Shown: positions 11,441 through 25,100 of the stretch, one piece after another
Position numbering within the stretch: position 1 is the first letter of the stretch
Layout of the letters: every line of letters begins with the position of its first letter
Made by a program: the position numbers and the translations under genes
Source: Vicugna vicugna
Lineage: Eukaryota
Assembly: GCA_013265495.1 (NCBI GenBank)
Contig: MU058636.1
Location: 992,091 to 1,056,000 of the forward strand
DNA: 63,910 bases
Direction of reading: 5' to 3'
Notes under the pieces: generated by a model
Seen by the model: the letters and a program-made list of their open reading frames with translations, nothing else
Told to the model about the DNA's origin: nothing
The model's database searches: none

Positions 11441-14124
11441 ATTTAGGTAGGATTTAACCTCAAAATTGTTAAAAATTATTTGTGACTGTTTTGACTATAG
11501 AATTTTAGAATGATGATTGTCTGGGACTGTCTTTCTAATGTGAAACTGCAAAACAAGAAGAGAGAAACCAAATTGAAGTACAAAAGTAAGTAAAATATAC
11601 AAGCTAGAGAAAGGGAAGGATGTGATGATTCATTATAAGCAAATTATTTAAATATAATCATTATTATTTTTTGCTTACCTTTTATTGAGTAATTTTGGAT
11701 GATAGACATATAAAACTCAAATATTTCAGTGTTCCATAGATTATATAGGTGAGTAGTCTGGTTCCAGACAAAGGTTAAATTGAAATGCCAAGAACAGGAA
11801 ATAAAGTTGAAAATAATTTTAAAAAAATTGAAAATAATTCTTCCTCTTTACTGAGGAGACATTTGTATTTTGGGTTGTTTTGCAGATACGCCAAAATCTT
11901 ATATACATTATCACTTTGTCTATTTTATCTTTTTTTTTTTTGTCTCTTTGAACTCCTTTGGCGGGGGGAATGAAAAAAAAGACAGAGAAACACGAGTCTT
12001 TGCACCCTGCTCCCCCGTGCCCCCACCTCACAGTGATCTTCAGACATGATGCATAATGCCTTGTGATGCCCCCTTCCCACCCAGAGACGACACTGCAGAC
12101 GGTTCGTGTGCTCACCGTGCGTGTAGTCTTCAGAAACGAATGAACGAGCCCAGAAAAAATGAAACAGAATTGTGCCAAAAACACATAATTTCTAGATTGA
12201 CTGCGTTTCTGAAACCTTAGATGTCGAAAATGAGAGATGCCTGCATTTGTAGTCGTTTCTTACTGTGTATTTTTGGCTTTCCAGTATGTAAGATTGGACT
12301 TAAAAATAACCTCTTAGGTTTTTCCCTTGAGAAGAGTATTAGGATGGATTCTTATTAATATGAATGTGTCCCAAAGTTGGCTTTCATGTTTGGTTTTTTC
12401 CCCTCTGAAGTGCTGTAGCATAATGCAGCTTAAAAATATGTGCAGTTTCTATTTCTATCAGGAATGTCTGAAAGAGCCTCAGTGAATGGTATTCCACTCT
12501 CAATGGGCTTTGTATAAACGCGGCCAAGCATTAGACTCATATGCTTTTGAAGGTCCAATTAGCATTCAGATATTATTCTGAAGTGTTGGGTTTCATGTAA
12601 TACATTTTGGAGCTTGTTGACCACCCCCCCCGCCAACTCTACTGTTAGCGTCAAATTATTTCTGGTAATGTTGAAATTTCTCTTCTCTCTCTTTTTTTAA
12701 GGCTATGTTTGTTTTGCAGGCAGTGGTTGTCGGTGAAATGGGGGGACACTTCCTTGTCCAGATGGAGAGAATGTGATTTTTGTTCCTAAATTGAGTAGAA
12801 TTTTATTTATCCCAGTCTTCTCATTGAAGTACTAAAATAAATCAGAAGATTCCACAGATTTCACTTAAATTTACGTTTCTAGAACGTCTGAAGTGTTAGG
12901 GGTAAAACAATACTGAGTTAAACCGCATTTGAGGAAAGTTGAATGAATACAAACCAGAGCGGTGTGGGTCGGCCGGAGCTCTTCGATCTGTTTTGTGCCC
13001 CCGCCCCCAGATGCAGAGGTGGTAAAGACTGTATCCTAAGGTCATATTCCGATGCTGTCTTGCTGTTCAATCTAGCAGTTTCATAACTTTTTTGTCCCTA
13101 ATATTTTCTTGCGACCTCATGTAAGTTGTCCAGTTAGTGTCAGTTTTCTCACTTTGCTGAGATTTCCTGTATGTATGCGTATGAATGTATATATTTCATG
13201 GGCTTCTTACCTTGAGTTTTACTTTTGCTGATAATTGCTCCTTTTGGAAGGAAAATAAGGGCTGAACTTCACAAATGCATATTGTGGTGGGAGGAAGCCG
13301 CAGCGGCTGGGTTAGCCGGAGAAGCTGGAGACGGACTAGGAATTGCCACATTTCTGAGAAATTAGGATGGAGAAATCAGTTGGAAGCTTTCACTCTGGTT
13401 CCAACCAGGGTCACTCATGACCGGCTGCTGGGCGTTCAGATGAAAATTTTATTTAAAAACAAGTTTACAAAACCACTGCTCTGTGGGCAAGGGCTCCCAA
13501 GTTGTGTTATCAGGGAAGACAGTCAAAGCTTCTTGGCTTTTAATTTTTAATTCGCACTCACCAGAGATTCTTTCCTGGACAGCTGTTTGCAGGACTCCAT
13601 GCCTGCGAGGCTCTGGGATCAGAGCAGAGGGGCCGTATGGAGCACTGAAGAGAGAGGACTGTGCAGAGGTGATCGTTCAGCCCCTGCTCTGGGACAGGAC
13701 GTTAGCAGGTGTGGACTCAAACGTGTTGGCTGCAATTGCCCTTGGGTCTTAGGAGCAGGAGTGAAGGCACCCTCTCTGATTGGTAGGTAGACGCGTGGCT
13801 CCTGGACCCTGAGTTCTGTGATATACTCCGATTCCCCTTGCCAAGTTCTCGAACCAGATTTGTGGCTCCCCTGAAGCAGACGTGCAGGGGTTGAGGGATG
13901 GCGTCTGTGGGTCCCATCTCTACCCATTTAGTGCTTCTGTCCTTATTGTTCTTTTCTCTTTTTCGCCTGCCTCTGACAGATGCTGTCTTGCCTGTTGGAG
14001 CACCGTGGCGTGTGCGTGAATGCCGTCCTGTGTGGATGATTTCAGGCTCAGGGCTGGGTGACTGCTTGCCTCTCAGACCTGATGAGATAGAATTGCAACC
14101 CAGTCACGAGCAGGGAGGAGTTTG

Positions 14125-14290
14125 CGGCCAGACTGATCTGGGGCCAAATCTTGGCTTTGCCATTTATTAGTCATGTAGTTTTGAGGCCTTTTCTTTACTT
14201 CTGAAAGCCTGGATTTCCTCATCTGAAAAAGCAATGCCTACCCCACAGAGTTGGTGTCAGAGTAAAGGAGGGCACGTGAATAATGAATGA
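14125..14290 (+). mobile_element. MIR SINE remnant
   Basis: gggccaaatcttggctttgccatttattagtcatgt...ctgaaagcctggatttcctcatctgaaaaa...cctaccccacagagttgg matches the MIR core pattern. Confidence 0.65.
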
Positions 14291-14691
14291 AGGGTAGAGT
14301 TCTGTGCTGAGGACGGAAAACCGCCCAGTGATGTGCAGAATAAAGCACAACAGCAACAGCAAGGAAATTCCTCAGAAACCTTCAGACCTGGGTGTGCATC
14401 TGGGGCCACACTTGGAAGAGAGGCAGGGCAGCCTCCATGTCCTTTAGCTCTTAACATGTCTCCTAAGAGGGTAGGTAACTTGAGGGCATAACTAGTTATT
14501 GAGAAAAATGTTGACAGGCACCCTTCTGGATATTTAAAAGTGGGGCAGAAAGAAATTAATACTAAGTTAGTACTTTGCAGCCTGAGGTCTCAGTGAAAAG
14601 AGGGCAACAGCCATGGTCCCGCGGTTCTCATGATCTGTGGTGTTAGGTGTCTTAGTTACATGATCGAATTTGATGTTTACAGCAGCCCTCT

Positions 14692-14832
14692 TTCTTTTCT
14701 TTTCATTTTTGGAGGGGGTGGTTAATTAGGTTTCTTTCTTTCTTTCTTTATGTCGAATGGAGGTGCTGGGGATTGAACCCAGAACCTTGTGCATGCTAAG
14801 CACGCGCTCCGCCACTGAGCTATACCCTCCCT
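14692..14832 (-). mobile_element. tRNA-derived SINE (camelid vic-1 type) with 15-bp target-site duplication
   Basis: Reverse complement reads gggagggtatagctcagtggcggagcgcgtgcttagcatgcacaaggttctgggttcaatccccagcacctcc (Pol III A and B boxes). Flanked by ttacagcagccctct (14677-14691) and ttacagcaaccctct (14835-14849). Confidence 0.9.
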
Positions 14833-14942
14833 TCTTACAGCAACCCTCTAAGGTTGCGTTTTACTCAGATGATCCTGGTTTGCATGAAGGTAAGTTCCAG
14901 AGGCAGCGGAGAGAAGCAAGAATCAGAAAAAGCAGGATTCTT

Positions 14943-15393
14943 AACTACTCAGCCATAAAAAAAAGATAAAATAATGCCATTTGCAGCAACATGGATGGAC
15001 CTGGAGATCGTCATTCTAAGTGAAGTAAGCCAGAAAGAGAAAGAAAAATACCGTATGACATCACTCATATGTGGAATCTAAAAAAAAAAAGACACAAATG
15101 AACTTATTTACAGAACAGAAACAGACTCACAGACATAGAGAACCAACTTATGGTTACCAGGGGGCAAGGAGGTGGGGAGGGATAAATTGGGAGTTCGAGA
15201 TTTGCAGATATACACTATTATATATAAAATAGGTAAACAACAAGGTCATACTGTATTCAATATCTTACAGTAATTTATGGCGAAAAAGAATACGAAAAGG
15301 GATATGTGTGTATATGGATGACTGAAGCACCATGCTGTACACCAGAAACTGACACAACATTGTAAACTGACTATACCTCAATTAAAAAAAAAA
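14943..15393 (+). mobile_element. 5'-truncated, relatively young L1 3' end with poly-A
   Basis: tactcagccataaaaaaa...ataatgccatttgcagcaacatggatggacctggag...ctatacctcaattaaaaaaaaaa. aggattctt occurs on both flanks (14934-14942 and 15422-15430). Confidence 0.9.
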
Positions 15394-15793
15394 TACAAAC
15401 CTGGTTAAGAAAAGAAGAACTAGGATTCTTTTCCGTAATGGATGACGCACAGAACGGGTCGCCTGTGGCGCAGGTCGCAGGTGAATGCATAAAGCTGGGC
15501 GGGACTCCTGATGGAGCAAGGGCCTTTTCCCCTCTAGCGTGTGCTATTATTTTGTCTGTATATTTCTTATTTTTGTTGTTCCTTGAGCAGTTTTTCCCAG
15601 CAGTGGCCCTGAACACACTGCACAGTGGATTTGGGGTTGTCTCTAGAGTCCCCTCCTGTGTTATGGTTACAGAAGGTCCCTGTCTCCCTTCTTAAAGCCT
15701 TGACAGTCGTTTGAAGCCACTTTTGCTATCTCGTTGTTGGTCGGGAGGCTGTGGAGGACCGTCTTCATCCCCCCCCCCCCCCCCCCCCCCCCC

Positions 15794-15846
15794 NNNNNNN
15801 NNNNNNNNNNNNNNNNNNNNNNNNNNNNNNNNNNNNNNNNNNNNNN
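15794..15846. other. Assembly gap (N run) flanked by poly-C
   Basis: N run with long C homopolymers on both sides. Confidence 0.98.
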
Positions 15847-18800
15847 CTCCCCCCCCCCCCCCCCCCGCCACAGCATGTGGTGACAGGCGTCGGAGGTGTG
15901 GTTGCCCCTCAGGAGCCCTGGAGGGCGTGGCGCGCAGAGGCCAAGGGCTCCCCAGAGAAGTGATCTGCCCAGAGGCCCTGAGAGCTCAGTGCAGCGAAGT
16001 ACATTTTGGGCTCAGTGCACTGAATCTCTGCCCTCCTGGAAGATCCTGCATTTTTGCCTAATGTTTACTGAAACCTCTGAAGTTTAAGTGGTACCCCTGG
16101 GGCTCTTCCTACCCGCCCCTCCAAGAAAAAGAACAAAAAGACACTTGGTTTTGCCCGATTGTGGACAGCCAGCTAGCATTACCACAGGGGCACTTCAGCG
16201 TTGGTTAGTCACAGGGCCCAGTAAATTAAGAGTGCGGGGCCTTTTCCTATTCCTCTTTTTAAGGGCTGATCGTTTCTGCTGGAATACAAATGAAATGTCT
16301 CAGGATTTTAAAGGTCTTTGCTATGAAAATCCCTGACTGTGGCAAATGAGAATGTCTTATTATAATTCATGGGAAATAGTTGCCAAGAGTACTTCCCTAG
16401 AGCGCTTAGTTTTAAAGTAAAAGTGTGCCTTTAATTTCCAGTACTAGGCGGCGAACATAATTTTTCTCAAACAGTAGTCATAGAATCTGGAATTAAGACT
16501 CTTTGGCCTCTGTGAACCGAATCTATATTTGGTATCTTCAGTGTAGTATGTTGAGAGTTCTGGTTGTTAACCAAAGAATTATTTATTGCAGAAATTATTA
16601 AGGACAGCTTATTGGAATTGACTTATAATTTCATCCATTTCTTCACAATTACCGGGTAAAAGGATGATTTATCTTGAGTTCAGTCATTTCCGTAATTTAA
16701 AATAAGGAACTTATCAAATATGTTTCAGTTTTATGTTCAGTTATCTAGGGACATTCATAGGCAGTGAAGAAACACGTGAGATAATTATTCAGGAATTTTA
16801 CTTACTAGTATTTGTGTGTTGAAGGTACATACGGGATAGAAGGCTTTGGAATCTCTTGCAAGGCCAGTGTTGCCCTGTGGACGACCTTCCAGAAAGTTGT
16901 AACTGTTTCAGAGCCTTTGTGAATAGAAAAATGGGAACAGGCCCTCCTTTGATGGTTGAGATAGTCTGTGCTGTTTGGCTGGGGGGCCGGGGGAGGACCT
17001 ACATTCCATCCTCCAGGAAAAGGCGGTGTAGAGGACAGAGTCCCTCTGAATCCAAGCTTCCGTCATCACATGCATGCTGTTCTCCCAGGTGACCAAAAGG
17101 AAGAAAAACTGAAAACACTGACAGAAGTGAGTGAATATGTACTTGTAACAAGTAATATTTTCATGTTAAAGAGAAAGAATGAATTGATAACACTTGGAGA
17201 AATACCAGACAGGGATAAAGGGGGAAGAGTCCATAGACGTCCGAATTACACGGTTTCGGGACCAAGACGATACTGAATAATGACCTGAGTTTAAATAGCA
17301 GCCTTCGCAGGACCCTGCTCAGCTGGTGGACTGCTGCAGGGGTGCCTCCAGGTTGGGGCTGAGTCACTCAAGTGTGGCCTTAAACTAACTTTAAAAAAAT
17401 CGCATGGTTAGTTATGACGTGCTTACAGCGGTATGGTAGGTACGTGTGATTTTGCTTTGTTGCTCACATGGGGAGATATGAGGATGAAAACGTGACACGT
17501 GTTGCTCCTGTTGACAAGGACATCCTTTCCTTGCGGTTTGCTTGACTAGTAAGTTAGATCGTACGCTTCCGGAAGGCAGAAGACCGGTTCTCCTTCCTCC
17601 TAGGGTTTGGCGTACAGCTTGTGCACAGCGGGTGCCTGATAGTCTCTGTGGACGTTACCAGCGAGGTCAGCATTCACGGCTGAGTCTGTGTTGTGACTGT
17701 CGGGCCGTACGTCGTACGGAATTTGGAGGAGTGCTGGGCTTGGTTGGCAAGAACCTGGTTTGAGTGCTGCTTGGAACTGTGATGCCCTGATGGGTCTTCA
17801 TTTAATGCATGGTTTTGGCTGTTTATAGAATTTTCAGGAACAAAGTAATTTTTTCTTCAAGTAGTTTGACACTTGCATTCTTTTATTCGATCATGCTTGG
17901 AAAGACCTCCATTGCAAGATTATTTTAAAAACTCCTCTGTGTTTCTTCTAGTCCTTTGTTGGCTCCATTTAGGACTTTTGGTGGCAGGGGTAGGGAAGGA
18001 CTCCGTTTGAGCCCCCTACCCCAACCCCGTAGTGGGTACTCAAGTTGTTACCCGTTTATTGAGTGGGTACCTAATTAATGAATAATCTTCACTCCAGTGA
18101 TTGGAAATGCCACATCATCTCATTCTGCGTTCCTAGATGTGTATTAGTCATTTTCTGCATTTTCTAACCTGTTCTGTAGAGGTTTATTTACTCAGAAGTC
18201 AGCACCACACTGTTTTAGTTTTCATAGCTTTCTAGAGTCTAGGTGTCTGCAAGGAACGCAGTCTACTCTTGTCTCCTTTTTCAGAACTGTCTCTCTTTGC
18301 TTGTTTTCCCAGAAGAACTTTAAAGTCGGCTTGTGTAGTTCCTAAGAGGATTGTTGGGGATCCTTAGAGACAGTCGTCCATGTGATGAATGACCCTGTGG
18401 TTCTTGGGGCCCCATCTGTACCTTAAGTCTAGAGACTTGGTTTTAGACCTCGTTCTGGTATTTACTGGCTCTGTCATAAAAAATCATATTCATGTTTTAC
18501 TATTTTACAGGTGTTTGCAAGTGCTTTTAAAGAATCACTGTGTACTCACCGTTTTTTCCTTTACTTTCTCAACCTCTGGACATAACTACTGTTAAGAATT
18601 CTTTAAAAATTTTTTTAGCATCACAGAGGGGTCCTCGTCATTGCAAAAGTTGGAAGCAACTGAATTAGAATTCTCTAAGCTCTTTTTTGTGCTCAGATTC
18701 AGTTCTAAGTAAATGAAAGGTGGTATATCATCAACCCAATCAAGGATGGAATTCAAATCTTTGTAGCCACTGAAAGGGCTACTCTACCCAGAGATACTGG

Positions 18801-21689
18801 AGAACTGGTTCTTGGCAAGATCATTTGTCTGTTTCTTTCTTTTGCTCTGTAAGCAGTTGGTGTTTTGAAAGGAAGCATATTGTCTAGATTTTCAAAGTTC
18901 TCTAAAAACAGGATGGGGGAGTGCGTTATTTTCGAAGCATGTAAACATGATTGCATCTTCAGCAGAATTAAGTGCTTTGAAAGCTTGCATTCTTTGTGTT
19001 GTCATTGTTGGCTACTGTGATTGAAGTAGGTATGTATATATCTTCTTCTCTTTTCTGAGTGTTCATTGTTAGCTTGGGCGAGAGCCCCTGGACAGAATGA
19101 TTGTGGGAGAAGACAGTCAAGGCTGTGATAATTCTCAGGAGTCGAGCTTTACATTTTGAAGGGAAAATCACATCTATAGTCTGTATGATTCTGTAACAGA
19201 TTGGAAAATAACGGAACGAATGATGAGAGGAAATTGGCCTTCACCTGTTGGTGCATGTCAGTCAGCATTAAATCAAAGTGAATTTTTAAAATGAGGAGAT
19301 GACATTTTTTTTACCCCCTTTGGAAAATTACTTTCAGGATTCATTGATTTTAAAATTGTTATAGGACTTAAAAAAAAAAGCCTGAAGCAATCTAGCAGAC
19401 ATCCTGTAACCCCATCAGGGTAGTGTTCTGAAGCAGAGGGTGAGGTCTGGGATTTGCTGAGTCTGGTTACAGCAGACTCAGTCTGTATAAGAGACGGAAG
19501 TCGTGTCTTCAGCAGGAGCAGATATGATAACCAGATAAACTGAAATTACCGCTGTGAAATTAGAAAGATTAGAGAAGGGAGTTTAGGAAAGACAAGAACA
19601 TAAGCAGAAACTAATCCTCGAGTGTATGTTTGAAAAATTCAAAGTGGAGGTCTCTTTACTGAATCCAGACGTGGTTCATGTGCTGAATAGGAGCCGAACG
19701 TGCCCGGAACGCGGGGCTTCTTTAGGCGAAGCTCTCCATGTGGGTTTCATTTCCTTCGTTCAGGAGCTTGTGCAGAGAGAGTCAGCCAGAGTCAGTCTCA
19801 GATCCCATCCCTGGGAGGGAAGCTGACCGGCTCATTACGGGTCGTGTCCGCCCCGTCCCATCAGCTGTGGCCAGGGAGTCAGGGGAGGGGGCGGTGTCAC
19901 AAAGTCCAGGGCTTAGGGAGTCCCCTGCGTGTTTCCACTGAACAGCACCCCGAACTTGCCTTCTGTTCCAGTACGCGATCACAGATTACATACACTTGGG
20001 GAAATACATACTTTCCCCCTTAGAGTCTAATTAGATCTTGGGCACCCTTTGCAATCTGAAACAGCTTGATTTATCGCTTATACTTGCACCAGGGAAGTGT
20101 AAGAGTGCCTGTGTACCCCTGTCCCGGCCAGCACTGGGGTTTTCCACGTGGTTTGCTCTTCGCTAATATAAGTGAAAATGGTCTTGAAAGTCACGTGAGG
20201 GCGAGCATTTCTTCACGCCTGCTTTCCTGTTAATCCCTGGGTGGATCGTGACCTGGTTCCCGTCTGTTTTTGTTCAGCCGAATTGCCGGGCAGCAGGGAG
20301 CCTTCTGTTTTGTGAAAAGATGCGTTTGGGAAAAGTTTCAACTTGTTCCATCAGACATCAAATATAGCACGAGAAACGGTTCATCTCGGGATGGCTGGGG
20401 CGGCGCAGAGCAGGCAGGTGGCCACAGAGCACAGAGGGAAGTGATGGCAGAGCCAGGAGCCGTCGTGGTCGGGGCTGGCGAGCTGTGGCTGCAGACCGAG
20501 CTCGGCGGGCATCCAGGACTGTACAGCTGGGACGATCACTGTACTCAGCTAGCGGCAAAGACCCAGGAAGGCTGTGGATTCCAGGCTGGTACGGCGTTGG
20601 CCGTAGATGCTTCTGTCCAAGGGGTCTGGCTGGTTTCCCCTGAGCTGAATGCTCAGAGGGAAACCGGTACCGTGATACTACTTTGGGAGTGATTTTGCAC
20701 ACGTCTGGTATTTAAATCTCCCCTTCCATTATGTTGTTTCTCCAAAGCACCACAGAGCTGGGCTGGATTATACCTGTGCCTCTCTCAAAATTAAACTAAA
20801 AGCAGTCATGTTGGTGGAGGCTGGGGTGCAGGGAGCCTTCCTCCTCAGAGCACGTGCTGGACCTCATGCTTTGGATTGTCTTGAACATAAGCGAAACCAC
20901 ACAGCTGGGCTGGATGTTTCCTTGGATCAGAACGTCCGTGCGCATTGCCGTCATGCCTCACACACTGAATTGCGGCGAGGCGGTGCTGGGAAGGCATCGC
21001 CCTGTTCCCTGGGCACCCTTTCCTCGACTGGCCACCCTCCTGTCCTGGGTTTCCGCCAGTGCAGGCAAAGGTGAGCTCATTAGCTCAGGTTACAGGAGTG
21101 GATGGAACACGTAAACATGCCTTTGTTCTTGTGTGTGTAGCTTTCCCTCCCCCTGTGAATGAAGCCAGTTCCTTGGAGAAAATGGACACCGAGGCCCATG
21201 TCTGAATAGCACAACAGTAGTTTCTCATTAATATGCTCTGTCTGTCCTCAGCTTACAAGATGCTGTCAGTATGTTCTGTTTTTAGTTGTTTCTGTGCTAA
21301 TAAGATTGCTATCTCTTGCTCTCTTTATAAAAATGTAACATGGTATTTACTTTTGCTTCAGTAATTTTTAAAAATTTTGACCTTTTTCATTTGAGAAAAA
21401 ACTAAAGAGAGGCATAAGGTGGAAAATTGATGATCCTTGTAAAATGTATTTGTTCCTACAGATGTCATCTCCAAACGCAGCTCTTAAGCCATAGATATCC
21501 CCTAAAAATCTACTCGTAGAAAGTGATCTGGCTAAGATTTAAGGACAAGGTGGATCTAGATGAGATCCCTAGATGAGATCACCAAAGAAAAGTTCCAAGT
21601 AAATACATCAAAAATCTGGTGGTCTCATAATTCTCTAGTTACTTCTGCATAAAAAGTAGGAATGAAATGCCACACCAACTTTTGGCCAA

Positions 21690-22170
21690 AGCTGTTGACT
21701 GCGTATTATGTGCCATGTACTATTCTGGGCACTGGGGATACATCAGATAGCAAAATATTTAAAATTCCTTGTCCCACCCTCACAGCTGCCATCTTAATGG
21801 GAGAAACAGAGTAAATATGGAGATAACTTAGCTAATCACACACGTGCACACAGGGCATATGGGAAGATGACAGGTGACGTGGAAGAAGGGGAGTCGACGA
21901 AGGGTAAGGAGGGGGCCAGAGGCAGAGGGGAGTGAGAGAGAGATGAGGGCGGACTGGTGGAGGGAGGGAGGGAGGGAGGCAGGTATGTCTCTTAGGTCGT
22001 CGTAAGGGTTTGGCTTTTCCCCGAGTGAGGCGAACAGCTGTTAGAGAGTTTCGAATGGAGGGGAGACATGACCAGACTTCCCCCTTGACAGAATTGCTCT
22101 GGCTTCTGAGCAGAGAGCAGGCTGTTAGGAGCCAAGGTGGAGACAGGAGAGGATAAGCTTTGCTGTATTA
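21690..22170 (-). mobile_element. L2 LINE 3' fragment
   Basis: ttgactgcgtattatgtgccatgtactattctgggcactggggataca and gagagtttcgaatggaggggagacatgaccagac...ctggcttctgagcagag are typical antisense L2 segments. Confidence 0.6.
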
Positions 22171-25100
22171 CGGTTTTAATGAAGTTTATGGTGTCACCTA
22201 TCTCTGCAAAGCTCTCATATTTAGCCAATCTCTAATAATATAATATCCTTCTGAAACCTGGCTTTTTAAAAAGCAAGTAATTAACATGCATTTAAATTAT
22301 ATTTACTTGTCAGGAAATATTCCGGAATCCTTGGAAATACTTCTGTGCTTGTTTTTGCAGAGTGACTCCCAGGAGTTCTCCTCATGGAGTTATATGGTAT
22401 TTTTACTTCATCATGTTTTCTCCGTCTCTAATATGAGGACTTCCCTGTCATTTATCTGTTGAAGAGTAATTTTCTGAAAGAGAAAGGTCATTCGATTGTG
22501 TGTGTGTGTGTTGAGTACAGGTTATTATCAAAGAGTGTTGCTTAGCTTGTGTTTGGAAGGACCTCTTGCCTTGGGGCATTTCCTGCCTTTCGAGTTACTC
22601 AGGAGTTCGTTCGGCTCACGGCGGCTCCGCCGGGCACAGGCTCCCAGAGGCCTGTTGCTTTGTGTGCTTCCTGAGTTACCTTTGAGGGTAAGAAAGGTGA
22701 GAGCTTGTGAACATTCTGCTTCCTGAAGATGCTGGAGGGTAAACCACAAAGGGCCAGACCCTTTCCTTTTTTTTTAATGCCACTCTATTTTTCTTGACCA
22801 TTTATTGAGCCACCTGGAACTTGCTTTTAGTTTTTATTTTGCATTATTTTTTACTATTAATCTTGTAGCTTAGTTATGGTAAGTCAATTTCATATTTTTA
22901 GATAGTTGATAATATCCTTATGTCACCTGTTATGTTTGCTTTATAAGCATTTATTTCCTCTGAGGTTCTCTTGCCGATTGATTTATTTACCCTTTCTGGG
23001 GCACTTACCAGTAAAATCCATGCTCCCCCCAAACAAGGAATTACTTCTTTTACTTTATTTTGTCCCCAGTACCTCGTATATACAACAGTACGTAGTAGGA
23101 ATTCAACAAATAATTCTAAAGAAATACCGTAGGTACTGTTTTGTATACTTTCCCAGAGTCTCACGTTGTGAGACTTTTATCATGATTTAAAAGTCTTCCA
23201 AAATGCAACATAGATGGTTGTTTGACAGTGTATTTTATAGATCTGGCATAATTTGCTTTAAATTAATTCTTTTGTTTGGCATATTTTGTTTCTTCTGAGC
23301 TTCAGTGTTATAAATAACACCAAAGGGAACATCTTTATGTATAGATCTTTGCACACATTTGTGTTTATTCCTTTGGGATGTATTACTAAAAGAATTATTC
23401 GCTGAAATAATGTAAGTCTCTTATCCTATACTGACAACAAAAGTGTAACAGTTTCTATTCCCACTGACATTCTAAGAGAGACCTCCTTCCTGGAATCTGG
23501 CCTCCAGCGGTGTTTCCTTCTCGTCTTGTCTTAATTCCCTTTGGCCTCCCACCTACTGTTCGTCTCTTCCCTTCCCGCAGTCAGGCCAGTGCTGACAGTT
23601 GGTGGACTCGTCCCCCCAGGCTCCCCTCTGTATTCACTCGGGATCTGGAGGTTCCCCTGCGCCTCAGCTTCACCATCTCCAAGGGTGTGATTATTACCTT
23701 CCCATCCAAGTCTGCTCCCTGCTGCTCTGTTCTCTGTTGAGATGAATGAAGGTTGGAGGTGTGGGTTCTCAGTTCTTCCCTCGTCCTCTGTATTCAAAGG
23801 TAATGAGTTACTTTCTAGGCGACTGAGATTTTGCCTTGTCTCTGGGGGGTAGTAATTTCCTGTTTCCGTCTCCTCTCGTGGGCGGTGTCCTTCTCCGCTT
23901 GCTCCTGGTGCTGTGCACTCAGCTCCGTCGGGGTGTGACTGGAGGCTGAATTGAATGTAGACGCATCGTAAAAGGTGACAGCCACGTTTATCAGTCTCGT
24001 TTGAGCACACGGGTCCCCTGCAGGGAAAGTTTATGGGCCCATTTGTTACAGTGGCGGCTGCTATACTGGATCCTTGGGGAGAAAACTAACTGAAGTTAGT
24101 TGTTGAATTGCACCTGAAATCTCTGTGTCAGGTTTAGTATCATATAGAAAGCTTTGAGCTAGATTTTGATCCTGGACTATGTAAAAATTGTCGTGGTAAT
24201 TGGGAAAAAAGAAAAAGCCCTCTGCAGTGCAGCATTTACATCTGCTATTTCCATCTGATAATGTGCAGATTTCCTCAGTATTTTTGTGCATTTATGTAAT
24301 AGTTTTTTTTGGTCCAAATTCAAGATTCAGCATATTTAATGAAACTAAATGGTAATAATCCTGATTTGGTTGTGATCTCTTTGGTGTCTGACAGCAGGTG
24401 GCTTGCTGACTGCGTGGTGTTTTAGGAGGCTGTTGCAGTGTTTAGTCTAAGTTTGAAGAGGAAGGATGTCGGGTCATGGGGAGGTAAGAGTAGGTGCCAC
24501 TGGTACCCAGGTGCACTCGTCCTCTCCTCTTGGAGGAGCTGTGGGAATGCGGAACTCCAGGTGGGAGCTGGAGATACAAAAGATGCAGCATCCCTTTTCA
24601 GTGGGTTGTGGACGCTCTGCAGGTCCCTGTGAAGGGCCAGCCTTGGCTGACGTGCTGTGGGTGAGTTAGAGAGTCAGGGTTGAGAGGACCAAGCAGGGCT
24701 GGAAGTTAAAGGTGTGGGTCCTGGCGTGAACAGAAGCCAGGTGGACGTGGGAATCAAGGCAGGTCACATCAGGAAGCTGGAAACCATCTGGATGCCCAGG
24801 AGGTCAGGTGCGCAGGTGCCTAGGAACCGGCACACAGTCAGAAACCAGGGACCGTTTCTAGATGTGTGGGGGGGGCAGCCAAGACTCAAGCCAGCTGAAG
24901 ATGTGAAGCTGTTCAGTCAGCGCAGAGAGCACCTGTTTCATATTTATTTACTGGCCTGGGACAGACTTCCAGGATTCTCTAACCAAGTTGTAGCTCAGAG
25001 TCAGGCCGTGGTTGGGATGCTGAAGTTAGACTTTGGTCTCCTTGGTGATTCTCTGATCGGTGGCGTCATAACAGTAAGCCGGCGTAGCCCTGTGATGTGC

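Noticed and set aside
12680..12780. Strong acceptor-like sites (ctctctttttttaag and gtttgttttgcag) as an extra 5'UTR exon
   Set aside because: No convincing donor at exon-like distance. The 33685-33779 candidate has both signals.
14760..14832. tRNA-like sequences with A and B boxes (also at 31764, 40381, 54255, 55176, 59958)
   Set aside because: They have A-rich tails and TSDs, are mutually diverged and lack a proper acceptor stem, so they are SINEs rather than tRNA genes.
15770..15866. Poly-Pro/poly-Gly ORFs that might be the WAVE proline-rich region
   Set aside because: They come from C homopolymers around an N gap in intron 1. The real proline-rich exons lie downstream of the window.
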